Source of the DNA: a virus
Taxonomy: Duplodnaviria > Heunggongvirae > Uroviricota > Caudoviricetes
IMG/VR virus record: IMGVR_UViG_2974564184_000001
Span: 64,977-128,976 of that record
DNA length: 64,000 nt
Strand: one strand, 5' to 3'
Part shown: positions 61,949 through 64,000 of the stretch, in pieces
Position numbering within the stretch: the stretch's first letter is position 1
Layout: the number at the start of each line of letters is the position of its first letter
Notes under the pieces: model-generated
Told to the model about the DNA's origin: nothing
Databases searched by the model: none
What the model saw: only the letters and a program-made list of their open reading frames with translations
Program-made: the position numbers and the translations under genes

Positions 61949-62142
61949 CGTCTGTTCAGCCTCATTCTACGCAATTCATCCTTGGTGTACAGATCAATAT
62001 CGATCAGGCTGATCTTACCAGGGCCATTAACATAGTTGACAAAAGCACAGAATCCACCAACCAATGCACCAATCATCATACAAATGATAATGAATTCTAC
62101 CCCTGTCAAGCCGAAAGCGAACTCAACACCGCATGTATTCAT
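61945..62142 (-). CDS. Single-TM small protein (65 aa)
   Basis: Hydrophobic helix, coupled ORF. Confidence 0.5.
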   Translation of the reverse strand: MNTCGVEFAFGLTGVEFIIICMMIGALVGGFCAFVNYVNGPGKISLIDIDLYTKDELRRMRLNRR

Positions 62143-62648
62143 GATACAACTCCCGTTGAAAGGCTGCTCAGTGTCTGGTGCAAGCCGCTCGCCTGTTTCA
62201 GGCGGACATACATATCATGGTATTTCTGGATACGCAACAGGTCTTTATGACCAACGCCTTTCAAACGCCGAACGTCTGTATTATGACGGAGATCGCACAG
62301 CTTGACACGGATCGCATCATGGTTTGTCAGAATCCCTGCCAGGTAATCTTCTGGCGTCTGATTGGCAGTCTTCGTGAGAAGAACTACGCCTGCAATGACA
62401 CGCTGGGAGAATCCCATCAGAACCAGATCCGCCGCCATCATATCTGTATCTTCCAGCAAATCGTGCATTACCCCGATAGCCATCAACTGATAATCATCAG
62501 TTTTCAGGTAGTGCATCACCTTGATCGGATGGAGAATGTAGGGATTACCACCCTTATCTTTCTGATTCAGGTGGCCTTCTGCTGCAAGTTTGATAGCCAG
62601 AGCAAGCTCTTGGGCCGGGGTGAGTTCTTGAATATCTAATTTAGTCAC
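62139..62648 (-). CDS. HD-domain (p)ppGpp-hydrolase-like protein (small alarmone hydrolase/Mesh1 type)
   Basis: AAEGH.NQ.DK.G.PYILHP, MHDLLEDT, VKLCDLRHN. Confidence 0.85.
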   Translation of the reverse strand: MTKLDIQELTPAQELALAIKLAAEGHLNQKDKGGNPYILHPIKVMHYLKTDDYQLMAIGVMHDLLEDTDMMAADLVLMGFSQRVIAGVVLLTKTANQTPEDYLAGILTNHDAIRVKLCDLRHNTDVRRLKGVGHKDLLRIQKYHDMYVRLKQASGLHQTLSSLSTGVVS

Positions 62649-62660
62649 GTAATTTCTCCA

Positions 62661-63806
62661 CTATGTCTTTGGGATTTTTATTGTGCCTTCACCAAACTTC
62701 GAGAGTATCTCTACTCTCCTCGTGTTGTCCATACTGACAATGGCGTCTGGTGTTAGCCTTCGTATAGCACCCAGTATAGGGAACTGATCTGGGTTGTCAA
62801 GAAATATTTCACCCCTGATCTCCAACATTTCAGCAAGCTGTAGTTCCTTTTCTGTCCAGAAATCCCCTCCAATTAGGTCGTCAAGCTCATTGTCTCGATA
62901 GATATCATATATTGGTTGCTGTTCGCCCCTTCCGTCCAGATACAGGTGGATCTGCTCCATACCTTTTGTGGTTGATTTACGTATGGCTATCTGGTCATTG
63001 TACCCGTAAGAGGCCAAACGGCGAGCGTAAGGAGATTGAAGTCCGTGCGGTTGCTGAACGAATTGCCACTCACCAACACTAACCGTCACATCCTCCAGAA
63101 TCCACTCTGGTTCTTTTGTGCGGTCGGAGTATTTGCCTGCGCTCCACTGATCGAATTGTGACAGACCACGGTCTCTACTCCTGACCTTCGCCTCTATGTG
63201 CAGGTCATGCTTTCCTTTGTCAAACCAACCATAACGGGACATAATATGCAGAAAGTGTCCCAACCCCCTTCCGGGTCTTGCTGGCCCGGTATCCAACATA
63301 TTGTCAACGCATTCAAAAACGTTCCATTTCGGGTGTGTCGGTATTGTCAGGTAGATGCTAATGCTTCTTTTCTGCACAGGGAACCCAAGACCACCTCGCT
63401 GGGTGACATCCCGCATATCAACACCGTGAAAATGCCCGACATATCGTTCCATCTCGAAAGGATTATCAAGATGACTGGGGCGGTCAATGAGGTCAAAGTA
63501 TTCACGGTCGAACTGAGCGAGTGTGTAGAGCATATCGCACAAACTCTGCATCGGAACACGGGCCTTTATGGGGTCGAACTCTGCGTGACGATTGATATCG
63601 AGACCCCGGCATCTATCAGCGTGGTATTGAGGCAAGAAAAGTTCTCTTTTCTCTTGTTCTGTGAGGTCTCGATATCTATCCATGATTGTCTTGTATTCCA
63701 AAGAACCCCAGTCAGGGGTTTGCCAGGTTGCCGTGCTGTCTCCGGCGGCATGGGCAAGGTCTACCCCGATCAGGCTGTTGATCAGTTGTTGTTCACGGTC
63801 TTTCAT
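62661..63806 (-). CDS. Hypothetical protein (381 aa)
   Basis: First gene after leftward promoter; SD AAGGAGAG. Confidence 0.75.
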   Translation of the reverse strand: MKDREQQLINSLIGVDLAHAAGDSTATWQTPDWGSLEYKTIMDRYRDLTEQEKRELFLPQYHADRCRGLDINRHAEFDPIKARVPMQSLCDMLYTLAQFDREYFDLIDRPSHLDNPFEMERYVGHFHGVDMRDVTQRGGLGFPVQKRSISIYLTIPTHPKWNVFECVDNMLDTGPARPGRGLGHFLHIMSRYGWFDKGKHDLHIEAKVRSRDRGLSQFDQWSAGKYSDRTKEPEWILEDVTVSVGEWQFVQQPHGLQSPYARRLASYGYNDQIAIRKSTTKGMEQIHLYLDGRGEQQPIYDIYRDNELDDLIGGDFWTEKELQLAEMLEIRGEIFLDNPDQFPILGAIRRLTPDAIVSMDNTRRVEILSKFGEGTIKIPKT

Positions 63807-63839
63807 ATTCTCTCCTTTATGTGAGTGTTTTGTTTGATA

Positions 63840-63867
63840 ACTATACCATCAAAAAAGATTGAAGCAA
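63840..63867 (-). promoter_or_regulatory. Leftward sigma70-type promoter
   Basis: TTGCTT-N16-TATAGT with TG extension. Confidence 0.65.
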
Positions 63868-63871
63868 GTGG

Positions 63872-63899
63872 TTGACAGGATTTTTGAATCTGTCATAAT
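63872..63899 (+). promoter_or_regulatory. Rightward sigma70-type promoter
   Basis: TTGACA-N16-CATAAT with TG extension. Confidence 0.7.
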
Positions 63900-63949
63900 T
63901 CATCTCAAGCAAACGGGATAGTCCCAAACATGAGTAGGAGAACAAGAGT

Positions 63950-64000
63950 ATGAAAGATTGGAACAAGCTGTACACAACTGATGAGCAAATGCGTTTAGGT
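63950..64000 (+). CDS. Start of a gene truncated by window end
   Basis: SD AGGAG; MKDWNKLYTTDEQMRLG... Confidence 0.65.
   Translation, partial: MKDWNKLYTTDEQMRLG

Overview
64 kb slice of a lytic myovirus genome. Gene order and protein families match rV5/PVP-SE1/CR3-type phages (Vequintavirinae-like) of Enterobacterales; this placement comes from family recognition, not a database search. 1-29.6 kb (+ strand) is the virion module: head decoration, major capsid, head-associated fibres, neck, sheath, tube, chaperones with a -1 frameshift site, tape measure, baseplate, tail fibres and membrane (lysis-like) genes. 29.65-63.8 kb (- strand) is the replication/accessory module: SSB, PnuC-NadR, family A DNA polymerase, primase-helicase, C5 methyltransferase, PIF1-like helicase, rIIA/rIIB, SleB-like hydrolase, RNA ligase, macrodomain, AAA+ ATPase, HD hydrolase and many small ORFs. 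A divergent promoter pair sits at 63.8 kb. The standout is a cellulase system inside the baseplate operon (17.6-22.6 kb): a baseplate wedge protein fused to a GH5 endoglucanase, a Calx-beta-GH48 exo-type cellulase, and a small stand-alone Calx-beta protein. Both Calx-beta domains lack their first beta-strand. That strand (VISISDAV-L/I-T) is instead present in the baseplate-GH5 linker and at the C-terminus of the small protein. This suggests a virion-anchored, cellulosome-like arm assembled by donor-strand complementation (inference, untested). No tRNA, rRNA, CRISPR array or transposase was recognised.
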